Source: Tubiluchus corallicola
Taxonomy: Eukaryota > Animalia > Priapulida
DNA: 64,000 nucleotides
Assembly (NCBI GenBank): GCA_030141605.1
Contig: JAQGDQ010000340.1
Span: 62,001 to 126,000 of the forward strand
Reading direction: 5' to 3'
Position numbers and translations under genes: made by a program. Numbering within the stretch: the stretch's first letter is position 1; every line of letters starts with the position of its first letter. Below, one piece after another: positions 13,826 to 27,228 of this stretch. The notes beneath the pieces were generated by a model that was not told the DNA's origin, searched no databases, and was given only the letters and a program-made list of their open reading frames with translations.

Positions 13826-15188
13826 AGACGTTCAGCTGTAGCAAGGCTAGAATGACAGATGTTCAGCTATAGCAAGGCTAGAATGACAGACGTTCAGCTG
13901 TAGCAAGGCTAGAATGACAGACGTTCAGCTGTAGCAAGGCTAGAATGACAGACGTTCAGCTGTAGCAAGGCTAGAATGACAGACGTTCAGCTGTAGCAAG
14001 GCTAGAATGACAGACGTTCAGCTGTAGCAAGGCTAGAATGACAGACGTTCAGCTGTAGCAAGGCTAGAATGACAGACGTTCAGCTATAGCAAGGCTAGAA
14101 TGACAGACGTTTAGCTATAGCAAGGCTAGAATGACAGACGTTAAGCTGTCGCAAGGCTAGAATGACAGACGTTCAGCCGTAGCAAGGCTAGAATGACAGA
14201 CGTTCAGCTATAGCAAGGTTAGAATGACAGATGTTCAGCTATAGCAAGGCTAGAATGACAGACGTTCAGCTATAGCAAGGTTAGAATGACAGATGTTCAG
14301 CTATAGCAAGGCTAGAATGACAGATGTTCAGCTATAGCAAGGCTAGAATGACAGACGTTCAGCTATAGCAAGGTTAGAAAAACAGACGTTCAGCTATAGC
14401 AAGGCTAGAATGACAGATGTTCAGCTATAGCAAGGCTAGAATGACAGACGTTCAGCTATAGCAAGGTTAGAAAAACAGACGTTCAGCTATAGCAAGGCTA
14501 GAATGACAGACGTTCAGCTATAGCAAGGTTAGAAAAACAGACGTTCAGCTATAGCAAGGCTAGAATGACAGATGTTCAGCTATAGCAAGGCTAGAATGAC
14601 AAACGTTCAGCTGTAACAAGGCTAGAATGACAGACGTTCAGCTGTAGCAAGGCTAGAATGACAGACATTCAGCTAAAGCAAGGCTAGAATGACAGACGTT
14701 CAGCTATAGCAAGGCTAGAATGACAGATGTTCAGCCGTAGCAAGGCTAGAATGACAGACGTTCAGCCGTAGCAAGGCTAGAATGACAGACGTTCAGCTGT
14801 AGCAAGGCTAGAATGACAGACGTTCAGCTATAGCAAGGCTAGAATGACAGACGTTCAGCTATAGCAAGGCTAGAATGACAGACGTTCAGCTGTAGCAAGG
14901 CTAGAATGACAGACGTTAAGCTGTAGCAAGGCTAGAATGACAGACGCTCAGCCATAGCAAGGTTAGAATGACAAACGTTCAGCCGTAGCAAGGCTAGAAT
15001 GACAGACGTTCAGCTATAGCAAGGCTAGAATGACAGACGTTCAGCTATAGCAAGGCTAGAATGACAGACGTTCAGCTATAGCAAGGCTAGAATGACAGAC
15101 GTTCAGCTGTAGCAAGGCTAGAATGACAGACGTTCAGCTGTAGCAAGGCTAGAATGGCAGACGTTCAGCTATAGCAAGGCTAGAACGA
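13826..15188. repeat. 31-bp minisatellite, about 44 copies, VPS33B intron 4
   Basis: Unit agacgttcagct(g/a)tagcaaggctagaatgac, head to tail with no spacers. Confidence 0.97.
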
Positions 15189-15509
15189 CTTACAAAGTAC
15201 AAAGTTTGCAAACAGGTACTTACAAGCTAGATCATTCATTACAAATGTTGCAAACTGTATATGAAGCAGCGTAATTGCATAGATGATTAAAACAAATTAG
15301 TTTTAGACAATTACAGCAGAGCTGTTACTGTAGAGGCTAGGCTATGCTCACTATAGCAAGTTAGTACACGAGGGAATTTGTACTAATTACAACTTAATCG
15401 TAAAAAGACAGAGTCTGCAATTAATGCAGCTTCTGACACTTCATGACTGATATATAAAACATTATAAATACAAACTTGAAGAGACCATAGACAATAGAGG
15501 AAAACTTAC

Positions 15510-15650
15510 CAGGAAGAAACTACGGAAAAACTGCGGAAGCTCTAGTGACAAGATATCCGTGTCGAGTGGTATGAACCTGAGATTGAACACGTCCGTAGAC
15601 ACATACCCGTACACTCCTTCGTCTTCCAACAACTTTTCGCAAAGAAATGT
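15510..15650 (-). CDS. VPS33B: VPS33B exon 4
   Basis: TFLCEKLLEDEGVYGYVSTDVFNLRFIPLDTDILSLELPQFFRSFFL|gtaagt; conserved SM-family PLDxDxLSxE motif. Confidence 0.95.
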
Positions 15651-15750
15651 CTGCAAAAGTAGTAGTTTCATAAATAAGTGAAGATTTCGCAATCAAAGAC
15701 TGACTCTACCATGAACAAGGTTATACAAATTGACTCAATCATGGAAACAT

Positions 15751-16490
15751 TTAAAGGGAATTTTAAAGTAAGGTGTGTCCCAAAAAAGATTTCCATACAA
15801 AGTTATATTACTTAGCATTACGCTTATCTGTTTCAAGGACAGATAACTATAGTTTGATTAATGAAAAAGAAAAGAAAAAAGACTAAATGAAAAAGAAAAA
15901 AAGAGAAAATGGAGAAGAAAGTAATTTAGAATGTTTGCACCAACTGGTAAAATGTCACTGACTCACCTTCCCAATGTGCACTAGTGATTCACAAAAAAAG
16001 TATTTTTAATTTCATTGACAAAACACAGTAATTTAAACTTTTGCTTAGTTAGTGAAGTGTGTGCTACGAATGCTCTGATTATTTTTCAAACTTTACACGA
16101 TGTTATCTAAACTTGTTTCAAATGACTTGGCGTTAAAATGGCTGCGCCTAACAGTCATCGCGGGAATTTAAATTTACAAGTTTTAAACAGCATTACTGCC
16201 GACGCTAGTCCATTATGCAAAAAAGCAATACGTAAGTGGTATAAAATTTCAAGACGAATTTTTTAAGATTTATGTAAGAGGAAGAAAAAAACACCCAACC
16301 CACACACCCATCTAACAGTCATCAACGGACTTTAAATTTACACGTCTTATACAAGCGTTGATTACAATACAACCTCTGTGTGCAATAAAGCAGCATATAA
16401 GTGATGCAAAATTTGTAGATGAAAGTAATGTAGCTCTATATGGAAAGTTTTCTTGGAATATATTTCATAATTCCCTTTTCTTTCAATTTA
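15751..16490. mobile_element. MITE family A copy
   Basis: Begins ttaaaggg, imperfect terminal inverted repeats, body similar to 9040-9766 and the reverse complement of 1-330. Confidence 0.6.
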
Positions 16491-16568
16491 AATGGAAATT
16501 AGCTACCTAATATTAAATTTATTACTCCGACATTGAAACAAAATGTCCAGAAGAACAAGTTGTGTTAC

Positions 16569-16686
16569 CTTTTGCGGAACGAACACAATCTTATAAGTTC
16601 TCTGCTTCCTAGCGCTTTTATCGGAGTTGATGTGATCGGCGATCGCTTTCACTGTATCGATTTCGGGTCGAACCAAGTATAAACGC
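16569..16686 (-). CDS. VPS33B: VPS33B exon 3
   Basis: RLYLVRPEIDTVKAIADHINSDKSARKQRTYKIVFVPQK; AG/GT bounded, phase 2-0. Confidence 0.93.
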
Positions 16687-17874
16687 CTGTGGAAAGTTGT
16701 AAAATAGTCATCACGGCAAATTCGTAAGGAAATGAAACAGTTCCATAATGTTAACCAGGCATATAATGACAAAACAACATTTTTTGACTTTGCGCCATAT
16801 GGCTTTAACCTAAAAGTTCTTGTCAACAGTAGGTCATTGTAAATTTGTAAAATGGTCAATGTTGCAAATTCTTATGGAAAGAAAAAAGTGCAATGATGTT
16901 AACCAGGCATATAATGACAAAACAGCATTATGGAATTTCGACTTTGCACCACACAGACAACCTTTAACAATTTTTACCTGAAAGTTTTTATCAATTTAAA
17001 AAACATCAAAAAGAGTGCAGACGCATAAGCTTCATCTGAATCATATGATTCATTTGATAATAAGAAGCATACCATTTCTAAAACTTCATCTTTGGGGTAC
17101 ATCCTGATAAATGATTCTGTCATTTAGCATACAGATATGTTTATCATTATTTATTGGCGACTATTATTTATTCAGATGATAATTCCTTACCAAATCAAAC
17201 AAAGCATTAATGACAAAAATACATGCAAATTTGACAATCCTCCTCAGAGCAATTTGGTACTTAAATGTCCACTGATTGAGAGGCAATCAAAGATGAAATT
17301 CAGTAAATTGTGGAAATGTATCTGTTGTAGCAGACACAAATGTTTATATTTATGAGTGTGTATTGAACAAACAGTATGGCAACTTGTTGGTAAGAATAAG
17401 ACTTCAACTGATGTTTAACTAGTTGGAAATATTAATTTTACATTCAAATTTCACATAATGTTTGAACATTTACATGTATAACCCGCGAATAATTTATATC
17501 GGATTCATGCCCAAAAAACGTCTGTTAAACCTTAGATGTCAAATGGTAATTGCAACAATGGATAATTACATTGCAATAGCTAATGGCTGCGAAAGTTACG
17601 AGTTTACAGTTTTATTAATTTTTAAGTTATGACCGAAAAGGTTTTGCATGCTAAAAAAATAAACGTCAAAGAAACGTCAGCTAATCATCAACTGAAAAAC
17701 AACTACATACACTAATGTATAAAGCACTCAATATACAGAACTAAACAATAAAGGAATCAACAAATTTAAATCATGGTCATCACCAGAAAAAATAGAGCAT
17801 TGCTAGAGGTTTGTTGTTAGAAAATGGGACTTAATTCACTGGATTACCGTTTACGGTATCTAAAATTAGCTTAA

Positions 17875-18482
17875 CCCTTATAGGGTCATCGGGCTAAATC
17901 CCAGTAAACCTTTTCTATGACTTTTTCTAAATACGTTTTGTGCACAAAATACTTTCAGTTATTTATTTTAGGCACATTGTCTCACCACAAAATAAAAGTG
18001 AAAATGCAATGTCAATTTTTTAAAAATTGTCGAAACTTTACTTCGCTTGTCAATACATTATACGACCGATGTATCTGATAAAACAAAATGTCAGACGTCT
18101 GTATGCTGTAGACGTAGAACTAGTCTACTCACAACTACAAGGACAATCAGATCATAAACTCATTCACTCAACATCTTCAGATAAATTCAAAATAACAATG
18201 ATTTTTGCACACGCGTTAGCAATGTCACTTGTCTACAGTTATTCCAACATAGATAAGGGAACGTAACTAAGTGAATTTAAATTTCGTATTACTAGTAAGT
18301 CACATGTCTTTAAGCAGGGGTATAATGTATCCTATGGTGGTCAGCATAACCACAAATTATGCTGTTGCTGATTACTAATGAAACACAGCGGTTTATCAAA
18401 AATAATTTACGAATTATGGTGGGGGTAATTTTTTACCCCCGGGTACCAAAATCGGTTGTAAAAAATCATGACCCTATAAGGG
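17875..18482. mobile_element. piggyBac-type non-autonomous element (608 bp)
   Basis: Perfect 15-bp TIRs CCCTTATAGGGTCAT / ATGACCCTATAAGGG, TTAA target duplication at 17871-17874 and 18483-18486; no transposase ORF. Confidence 0.9.
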
Positions 18483-19474
18483 TTAAAGATAAACTATATA
18501 ATGGCTGTACAGGGCCATTTGATGCAGAGGAACTAAAGGCAAAAATTGTTGAGTACTTGGAACAAATAAAACCTTAAGGAAGTGAGAAACTGTGTCAGCT
18601 GTTCCAAGAAATGCCTCATCTAGTTTACAGACTGGTATTTATTTTTTGACTTGTTATTTTAAAACTTCTAAAATTTCAAGTCATGCAATTCTATGACCTA
18701 AAATTTGAGTGAAAATTTATACATAAACGTCTGTAACATCAGTGTGGTAAATTTCAGGCAATTCCATTATTTCATATATGTTTATAACATCATGGGTCAA
18801 AACTTCTGTTATTTAACGTAGACTTTACTTAAAGTTAATCTGTGCGTAAAGTGATTTACTAGCAGGATCTTGCTTGTGAAGAAGAAAAACTGAACTAGGT
18901 AAGGTTCTAGCTAGCTGTTAAATCTCTTACTACATGTATTACAATAGCATGGGCTGCGAGGCATTGTCAAAATTTTGGGCCACCTGATTCATCCAGCGAT
19001 ACATTAAGTGCAGCGACAAAATCTGCATTAAGCAATTTGTCCATTGCAAAAAGGCTTCCCTTTAGGTGTCAATTTTGTGACAAAATCTCTGAAATCAATG
19101 AGACGCATGCAAGAAAGAAAGCACATCCTTTCCATCCTCAGGAATGGTGCAGCATGCTCTGTGCTTTAGACAAATAATGTCCACTCAATAACACAAAAGA
19201 ACAAGACAAATCTTTTACAATCTTCTCAAGTTGGTGGCAAATTAATGGCTTTGACAGCATCAAACATCATCTTTTGCCAGTAAGCCTTAGATGAAGCAGA
19301 GTTACTACTTTGGCTAGAAGCCTCTTCCAGTTCCCATTCCTTGATGCTAAGGAAACGCATGTTCGTGCTGGTGACTAGAAGGTGTGCATATGGGAAATGG
19401 TATAATATGAATTGGAAAGGGTATGGTCGCCAGCCCATACTGAACTTCACAAAAGCATTAACAACATTACTCAC

Positions 19475-19617
19475 TGATCATTTCCGTGCTTCAGCGGTGT
19501 TTTGTCGAATTTGAAAATCTTGTCGACGCCATGTTGTTTGAGTAGCGAAGCACCAGCTATTCTGTCCAGTGGTCGCATGAGGCTTGCTTCAAGCACCAGA
19601 TCCTTTGTACCATGCAA
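19475..19617 (-). CDS. VPS33B: VPS33B exon 2
   Basis: cag|LHGTKDLVLEASLMRPLDRIAGASLLKQHGVDKIFKFDKTPLKHGNDQ|gtgagt; phase 0-2. Confidence 0.93.
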
Positions 19618-19977
19618 CTGTGATAAGAAATGTCAATCCCTAAGCTGATAATACCAATTACGTTAGCTCAAAATGTTATATATCTTACACCTTTCAAAAA
19701 TTGTGATTGCAGTAATAATAATTACTGCCGACGTTGATATTTCACTCAGGTAACAATCTACATTGTCTTCTCGCCGTGCTAACCTTGTTGTCAACATGTA
19801 GTTTTTAAAGCTTTTTAAAATAACTTTAACTATTTTTTTGTGACTAAAATGCGAGAGTTCATGATTATGGTGAACTAATTAGGCGTAAGCTAACACAGAT
19901 GCTAGTACAGGCCGCGACGTCTTATATGAGCCTTATAACTATAACAATAAACGTAATACAGCAGCAAATCATTATAC

Positions 19978-20070
19978 CATTTCCAAGCACGAAACTAATT
20001 CGTCTCTAGAAAACTGACGAAAAAACTGAACATCGGGCAGTGAAACAGCATTACTCAAGGAAGCTGCCAT
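19978..20070 (-). CDS. VPS33B: VPS33B (Sec1/Munc18 family) coding exon 1
   Basis: ATG at 20070; MAASLSNAVSLPDVQFFRQFSRDELVSCLEM then GT donor; resembles the VPS33B N-terminus ([21 protein letters not shown]). Confidence 0.88.
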
Positions 20071-20445
20071 AGTTGTTTTACCTGAGTTTCAAACGTTTAG
20101 GCGCACCGCAAAAGTGAACTTTTCGGGGACTACTGTAGTGATTTGCAAAGGCTATGGTGCCGAGGCTGTCCACGGTTCACTTAGTCTAAGGTATATAAAA
20201 ATACATAATTTTTTGAGACTTAAATGACACAATGAATAAGCCTTTCCACACTTGTAGCAATTTATGATGATCGTGAAAAGGTGAGACAGCGCATTTGTGT
20301 AAACTTGACAATGCCTCGCAGCCAATGCTATTACAATACATGTAGTAAGAGTTTTAACAGCTAGCTAGAACTTTACCTAGTTCAGTTTTCACAAACAAGA
20401 TTCTGTTAGTAAATCACTCTACGCAGAGGTTAACTAAGACATAAT

Positions 20446-21573
20446 TATATATATATTTGCCATTAAAACATTGATAATCACTGATAAAAACTTTACAGAG
20501 ATAATCAATCAGTGTTAGTTAATAAAAACTTACACTGCTGAAGGCAAATGCGTCAGTGCAATCTAAACTACTGTGCAGTAATGACGAATAAAATCAAACA
20601 TATTTACAACCATACACAAAAAAATAAAAAAACAAAAAACTATGATTTAATTAATATGGCCGTGGGTATATGAATTCTGAATTAGTGCGTATGTTGTCGT
20701 ACTGGTGTGATGGTATTTCATATCTGGTTAATATTAGTGATTTTAATTTTGTTTTAAATGCTGATAGGGACTTGATTTGTTTAACCTGTAATGGTAGAGA
20801 ATTCCAAAGTAAAATTGCTTGTTTGATTACAGAGTTCGTTCCATAGTGGGTATTTGTCCTAATTTGTTTTAGATTGCTTGTTCTGGAATTAACGATAGGA
20901 TTTGGAAAAAAAGGTAAATCTGTTATTCTGGAATGGTTTGCTGATTTTGTTAATGTATTTAAATATAAAAAGCAGAGTAAAATATTCTTTGTGTGCTTCA
21001 ATGATTGGGAATTTTAAAGTTTTTCTCAGGTTAGTTGTTGAAGCTTTGAATTTTTGTCTACCTGCCTTATGTTTGTATGAGTACCCAGCTATCAATCTCA
21101 GCGCATAGTTTTGAAGGAGATTTAATTTTAAGTAATTTTCTCTTTTGGTTTTTTGAAGTAGCGTACATCCATATAAGAAGTGTGGTAGAACTAAAGTTTT
21201 ATATATTAGTGTTTTAGTTTCCTTTGTTAGTTGCCCTTTAACTTGTCGGAGATATGATGTGCTAGATGCCATTTTTGTGTATATGTTATTAAAGTGTTCA
21301 TCCCATGAAAGATTATTGTCTACCTGTATGCCCAGGAATTTAACATTGTTAGTTTGTTTGATTACAGCATTATCTATTGTCAAAGTGGTTGATGATGCAT
21401 CATTAGTATTTAATGAGGGTGACAGTATCATGAATTCTGTTTTGTCATTATTCATTTTTAGCTTGTAATGACTAAATGCCATATTTATATTTTTTATATC
21501 TTCTTCTAAATAATTTTTTGCAGTTTGGACATTTTCATGGGCTATGTAGATTGTAGTGTCATCAGCGTACTGT
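20446..21573 (-). mobile_element. 5'-truncated LINE (CR1/L2-like RT C-terminus plus 3' UTR), frameshifted
   Basis: QYADDTTIYIA at about 21540-21572, then LKMNNDKTEFM, VKFLGIQVDNNLSWDEH, LWNSLP; split across ORFs 20889-21482 and 20651-21001. Confidence 0.9.
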
Positions 21574-21969
21574 CTACGTCAAATAACAAAAGTTACTTAC
21601 TGAACTGATATGCGACAGAAAGCTTAGTTTTACCCACATGTCATATGACGGTTGTAGCTAAGACACATTGCTGTGGTGCACTTAACCTTTTACCTACAGC
21701 AAATGTGCGTGTGCACAATGAAACCATGACGATTTATTCGATCAGTACTTCATCCTCATAAATACTTTAGCATTGAAACATCATGCAGTTAGCACAATTT
21801 AGTTGCGATTTATACATCTTAACACAATTGATACTGTAAAAGCGCTTCTGACCATACAAATTATATATATATATATTGCGGACTAAAAGAGTATAACATA
21901 TTAAAACTACAACCCTCACTTTACCATCTGGATTTGTTGCCAGTCAAATGCCGCTTTCAATTTAGAATT

Positions 21970-22526
21970 TTAAAGCGAAACTGGACCCAATGTTAAACTC
22001 TAGGTCAAAACAGTCTACTCTTTAAAATATTGAAAGAAACATACTACTTTTTTTCAAAAATGACTTACGTAAAAGAATTATTGTCACACAAACGCAATTT
22101 TGCCCTCACACCGCTAGTTCATCGCTGTTACATGCATTTTATCATTCGCTAGTTAACTGCACAAAAATAGGTGCTGTACCTGTAAATTTAAATGTGTTTG
22201 TTTGTGACGAGCTACACACGTTCGACAGCTCATGCGTAAGCACAGCGGCAAGTTTGAAATTTGAAGTTTTATTACAACATACTGAATATCTGTACTTTTC
22301 ATTTTCGCAAACACGCGCAACACACTCGTGCAATAATTTTGATGTTGAAAATTATGTTCGTTTGTGATGTCAGCTATAGTTATGCTCACCCATCGGTAAT
22401 TAAGATTCTAAACTATTATTTATTTATCAGAAACGCTTTTGCAGTGTTATTGGTGTTAAAATGCATTCTTTTTTATTGGTCTTGAAAATGGTGTAGTATA
22501 TGAAAAATCATCCTGACTTCCTTCAA
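21970..22526. mobile_element. MITE-like family B copy
   Basis: Starts ttaaagcgaaac; reverse-complement match to 53246-53870; fragments at 1790-1880, 2030-2130, 5300-6060 and 62040-62164. Confidence 0.65.
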
Positions 22527-22629
22527 GTGTTCACAAGAACTATAAAGTTCATCACCTGTACCAGTCATCGTGTCACAAGAGTGTCAATAAACAGCATCAC
22601 ATCACAACAAATGACATTATTAATATGTT

Positions 22630-22805
22630 TGATAATCCAAGGACTCTAAATGACTGCAGGATTCAATTACTTCTTTACGCTGATGATTTCGTCTTGTTTC
22701 CACGAAACACTCTGATTTACAAAAATGCTTAGACGGCATTATGTTATGCTGTGAAGAGTGGCTTCTTAGTGTAAATATAGAAAAAGCTAAATTACTAATT
22801 TACTA
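22630..22805 (+). mobile_element. Degenerate LINE reverse transcriptase fragment
   Basis: IQLLLYADDFVLF / DLQKCLDGIMLCCEEWLLSVNIEKAKLLI with a frameshift. Confidence 0.75.
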
Positions 22806-23295
22806 TATATTATTGCCGTGGTGTTACAAAATTTATTAATACTGAACAACAATCAGACAACAATTTCTTTACGAAAATAATTAACTAAGGCAGCTTATTA
22901 ATTAGCAAGTCGAATTAAAGAACACGTTAGCCTAATAATATTAAAAAAGGTCTGTAAATTTGACGCCTGTAACAAGTTTGCATAGAAAACTGGTCCTACA
23001 TGAATGCATCACTAGCATGCAACAACTGTCAGTTATTAATTTACCTAAAACATAAGAAATTTACCATGTACACAGTTGTACCAAGTAAATTAATGTCATC
23101 TATAAGTACTAAGGGTATTATTCAAGATAAAGTGGTCACAGAAGCTGCCAAGTTTTACATAAACATCGCTGCAATATTTAACGTCACTTTTGTACAAATA
23201 ATGCAGTTTCATTTAAGACAAAAATAGTGTCAACATACTATTCTCAGCACCTTTACTACACGTACAGTACCCACTCAGGGAATTACTACACTCAT

Positions 23296-23612
23296 ATCCT
23301 TATGTACAATCATACATTCATATGCATTAGGTGGCAAAGCGTCAAGAATGTTGCCAGAGTTTATTTAAAATGGCAGGTATCCTTATGTACAATCATACAC
23401 TCATATGTATTAGGTGAAAAAGCGTCAATAATGTTGCCAGAGTTTATTGAAAATGGCAGGTACCTTATGTACAGTCATACATTCATATGCATTAGGTGAT
23501 AAAGCGTCAAGATTGTTGCCAGAGTTTATTGAAAATGGCAGGTATCCTTATGTACAGTCATAAATTCATATGCATTAGGCGACAAAGCATCAAGAATATT
23601 GCCAGACTTTAT
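23296..23612. repeat. ~83-bp tandem repeat, about 4 copies
   Basis: ccttatgtaca.tcata.a.tcatatg.attagg ... ttgccagagtttatt recurs. Confidence 0.9.
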
Positions 23613-23857
23613 TAAAGCTTTTCAATTTTTTTTACGTTCATTTATCAAATGATACTTCTATAAACAATGTGCAAAGTAGTCGTTGTGATCTTCACAATTG
23701 TACGACTTTGGCTATGTGCATGGTGAGTATCACGGCAAGTTTATCGCAGTAATCAGACACCTTCTAATCAGTTCCTCTTGATGATTTGAGAAGTCTGGTT
23801 ACTAGTAATGACCAAAGCTACTTCTTCAAAAGTCTTGGAGGAAAAGCTGCGTAAGCT

Positions 23858-24310
23858 GAAAGTAGAATGCACAAAAAAATTCTAATGTTAATTTTTTTTG
23901 TTTTTATATAAACTAACGCTAAATATATCTGACTGTTATATTCTAGCATCAAATTGTCAAGAAAATGTCCAAAAAATATTAAAAATTTATTTTTACAACA
24001 CCATGCCCATTTTTCTGTCTAGAAAGTAGCACTGCAATTGCAATTGCACTTTCGTATTCGTATTTCGTATTAGCACGGTTGCTAAGTATTTTGTAGAAAT
24101 GCGACAAAAAGCAATGCCAAACTATAACAGTGATTTTCTCAAGATTATGATTTGCAGTGTGCACCTCAACTTCAACATGGATTTTCTCAGTATAGCAATA
24201 ACATAGGGCAATGAGCTTGGTATCAAAATGATCCTCGTGAAATGGAAATTCGGGATATGTGAATAATTAGAAAAGTTTAATTGTCGACTTACGGACGATT
24301 TTGCTATGCA
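23858..24310. mobile_element. Dispersed repeat family C copy
   Basis: aaagtagaatgcacaaaaa start shared with 3530-3920; reverse complement of 8260-8815. Confidence 0.6.
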
Positions 24311-24315
24311 ATCAC

Positions 24316-24384
24316 TCAATTATTTTCGTTTGGATCGTTGAAGAGATTCTTTTGAAATTTCTTCTGAAATTTCTGAAAAGTCTT
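24316..24384 (-). CDS. Candidate terminal exon of the small helical host gene
   Basis: tttcag|KTFQKFQKKFQKNLFNDPNENN* ; phase 0, compatible with the exon ending at 25185. Confidence 0.35.
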   Translation of the reverse strand, partial: KTFQKFQKKFQKNLFNDPNENN

Positions 24385-25184
24385 CTGAAATAATAATAAT
24401 ATAATAATACCTCTAAAAAACACAGTTTACCAATTTAGAATTTGGAATTATTTTTTTCCGATATTTGATTTTTCCGGAACGAAAGGCATGTTTTTTAGCT
24501 TTTCTGGAAAAAAATCACATTTAACATTTGTAGACTTGACATTGTCATCCGGTTTAATGTAGAAGTCTTAGTTTTTAGACGATATATAGGTTTTACACAT
24601 CAAATGTACACCCAGGAAAGTTCAAATGTGACTTAGGTAAGTCAAATGCAGATGCGGTACTTTGAATAAATCGGTAATTAAGTCATTTAAGTACAAATTA
24701 CAAAAAGATAAACCCAAATTAAAATTATATTTTATGGTCATGGTGCTATCGGCAGCATCAATTTGTATTATATTTAATTATACTTAATTAATTTGCAACT
24801 ATTTGTATGGACGTTAATACATTTTTTTAAATGTAAAGAAAATGTTTATTTGATAAGAACACTTAAACGCTTAAGATTTCTTAAAAACCATTGTTAACAC
24901 ATTTGAACTACCTAAATCTACATTTGAGTTACCAAGACACATTTGAATTACCTAAATCAACATTTGAGTTAACATAGGTCTATATTTGACATGTAAAACG
25001 TGTAAAAGAAATCTCATATTCACAAGATTTTTTCAAAAGCTAAAAATTAGAATAGCATTTGATTCTAGTGATTTATTAGTTACTTTTAGCACATAAACTT
25101 TGTTAATTATAAATATATAAACATAAGTTGTTGTTTTTGCCAAGCAAGATGATTTATACCATTTATTTCCTGAAGTCAACTCAC

Positions 25185-25269
25185 CCAGTTATATTGGTCT
25201 TCTTCTTCCGTCTTTGTCTCCGTCTCCGTATGAGTACTACATTCAGGACCCAGTATTTTTCTAATTTTT
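25185..25269 (-). CDS. Candidate exon of the host gene
   Basis: tttag|(R)KIRKILGPECSTHTETETKTEEEDQYNW|gtgagt; phase 2-0, in frame with the upstream exon. Confidence 0.6.
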
Positions 25270-27181
25270 CTAAAGTATCAGAAAACAATCAAATGAATTT
25301 TTAACATTAGGCAAGTCATAGCCAATGAAAGTAAATAGTAAGAAAAAGGAACATCACTACTGAATGGCAAAGTTATAACACAAACCACTATCATTATAGT
25401 TTATAAATATAGGCGTGAAAAGCATATGTGTAAAAGCATGTGCAATTTTCACACTTGGATCATTGCAAATCCGGATTGTCAATCCGAATTGTTCACCAAC
25501 TAACGCAAAAAATTAGAATAGCTAATCATAATATGTTATTGTTATTATTTTACAGGTTGAAAAGTCCATGGGCCATTATTACCCTGTAATCAGGTAATTT
25601 GCCATCTTGATTTCAAGTATCCTAATTAATATGGAATAAACACACACTTCCTTCCTGTAAGTTAAATCAAGAAATCAATAACTGTGGCCTCACTTTACCG
25701 TTTCTCATAATACATTTGGGAAATAGAATAATATGAATGTATAATTACACAGAAACAAAAAGAAAATAAACCCAACAATCAACATTTTGATTTTCAATAA
25801 TACACCTCTCGAGAACCACGCCAGTATGGCATATCTTGAGCTAATGTGTTTTTACGCTATTTGCATGGATGTGCCCTTGCTAACTAGTTTTTGAATGTAA
25901 AAGCATAATGTTAAATTTACATCATAATCATTCAAGTCTATGTAATTAGCTGAATTAGGCTTCTTTCATTCATCTATATAAATAACAATTTTTCTGTGCC
26001 AAAACCCTAGCTAGCCAGGAGTCACAATCACCATGTTACTACTTTGCTTGTTATCGAGGATGACTATGGTTACAGTATAATAGGCATGTCTAAAGTCTTT
26101 TTGTATTAGACTTAACGTATACATTTAACGTAATAATGCTGCAATTTAGTCATACTGTAATTTCTTTTCTGTTTACTAAAATGTAGAACTAAAACGTAGG
26201 TCTTTTATAATAGAACAGTAAACCTTTATTACTAAACTTGTACTAATTACTCTTGTTTCATCGTCATTGTAAATATCATCATTTTAGAAAAGCAATATTC
26301 ATCAATAATTATGCAAATATTTTAATTACTCGTTCTTGTTTTCGATATAAAAGTAAAAATACATACAATTAGGTACAAATAAAACTTGATTCTGTATTGA
26401 TTTGCATAGAAAATGCGAAAGTCACTGAGGGCATTCGGGCATTCAGTCGCCCAAGTTTTGTTCTCGCGCATATTTTTAGAAAATTCAATTTTTTACATAA
26501 AGTTGAAAAGTTAAAAACATTCACTTAAATCGTTAAAATTAATATTGTTGCGGGCAAGCTTACTAAGGGTTGGCTTTGCGCATGCACATCATTTGCTATA
26601 AAAGAAGTGAGCACGTAGACTTCTGTGATTGTCACATTCACCATGTGTGTTGCTCTTTCCCGTGCCTAGTAGTGGCTGTCATTTTGGTAGCAACGTCATA
26701 GTTTGAGCTTACTTAATAATCTTTTATCCTTGTGCACTCCCACCTACAGCACGGTCATAAGAAGGCTGACTGCTCAGCCGTCTTCACGACCCTCAATCAC
26801 CTGGCGGCTCCCAGCCGAGGGCTTCGCAACAATATTTTCAAACAATGAAAATATTTTCGACAAGTCAAAAACACAGTGGTTATTCTTGACAACAAAATGG
26901 CACTTCTTTATTGCTTATGTTTCGATGGAAATTTGCATCGTTAACAGAGCTCTTTCACAATATAGATAATACAGTAGTGTTCACTGCTTTATAATCTGAT
27001 GACTTGTGAATGTGGGCTGATGATGATGCAAGTGTCGAAACGTAAGCAATAAGGAACTTCCATGTTGTAATCATGAACAGCTGTTGTGCTGATTGAGTTA
27101 CAGAAAACAGGCGTATAAACCTGATGCTTATAACAGATTTCTGACACGTGACCTACATTTACAGTTACTGTTATTTCATAC

Positions 27182-27228
27182 CTTACAAGGGCTTGAATTT
27201 CATCATTCCTTAGGTACTTCCGCTGTAC
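27182..27228 (-). CDS. Candidate exon of the host gene
   Basis: ttttag|VQRKYLRNDEIQALV(R)|gtatga; phase 0-2. Confidence 0.6.

Noticed and set aside
13826-15188. 31-bp repeats as a CRISPR array
   Set aside because: No unique spacers, eukaryotic intron, no cas genes
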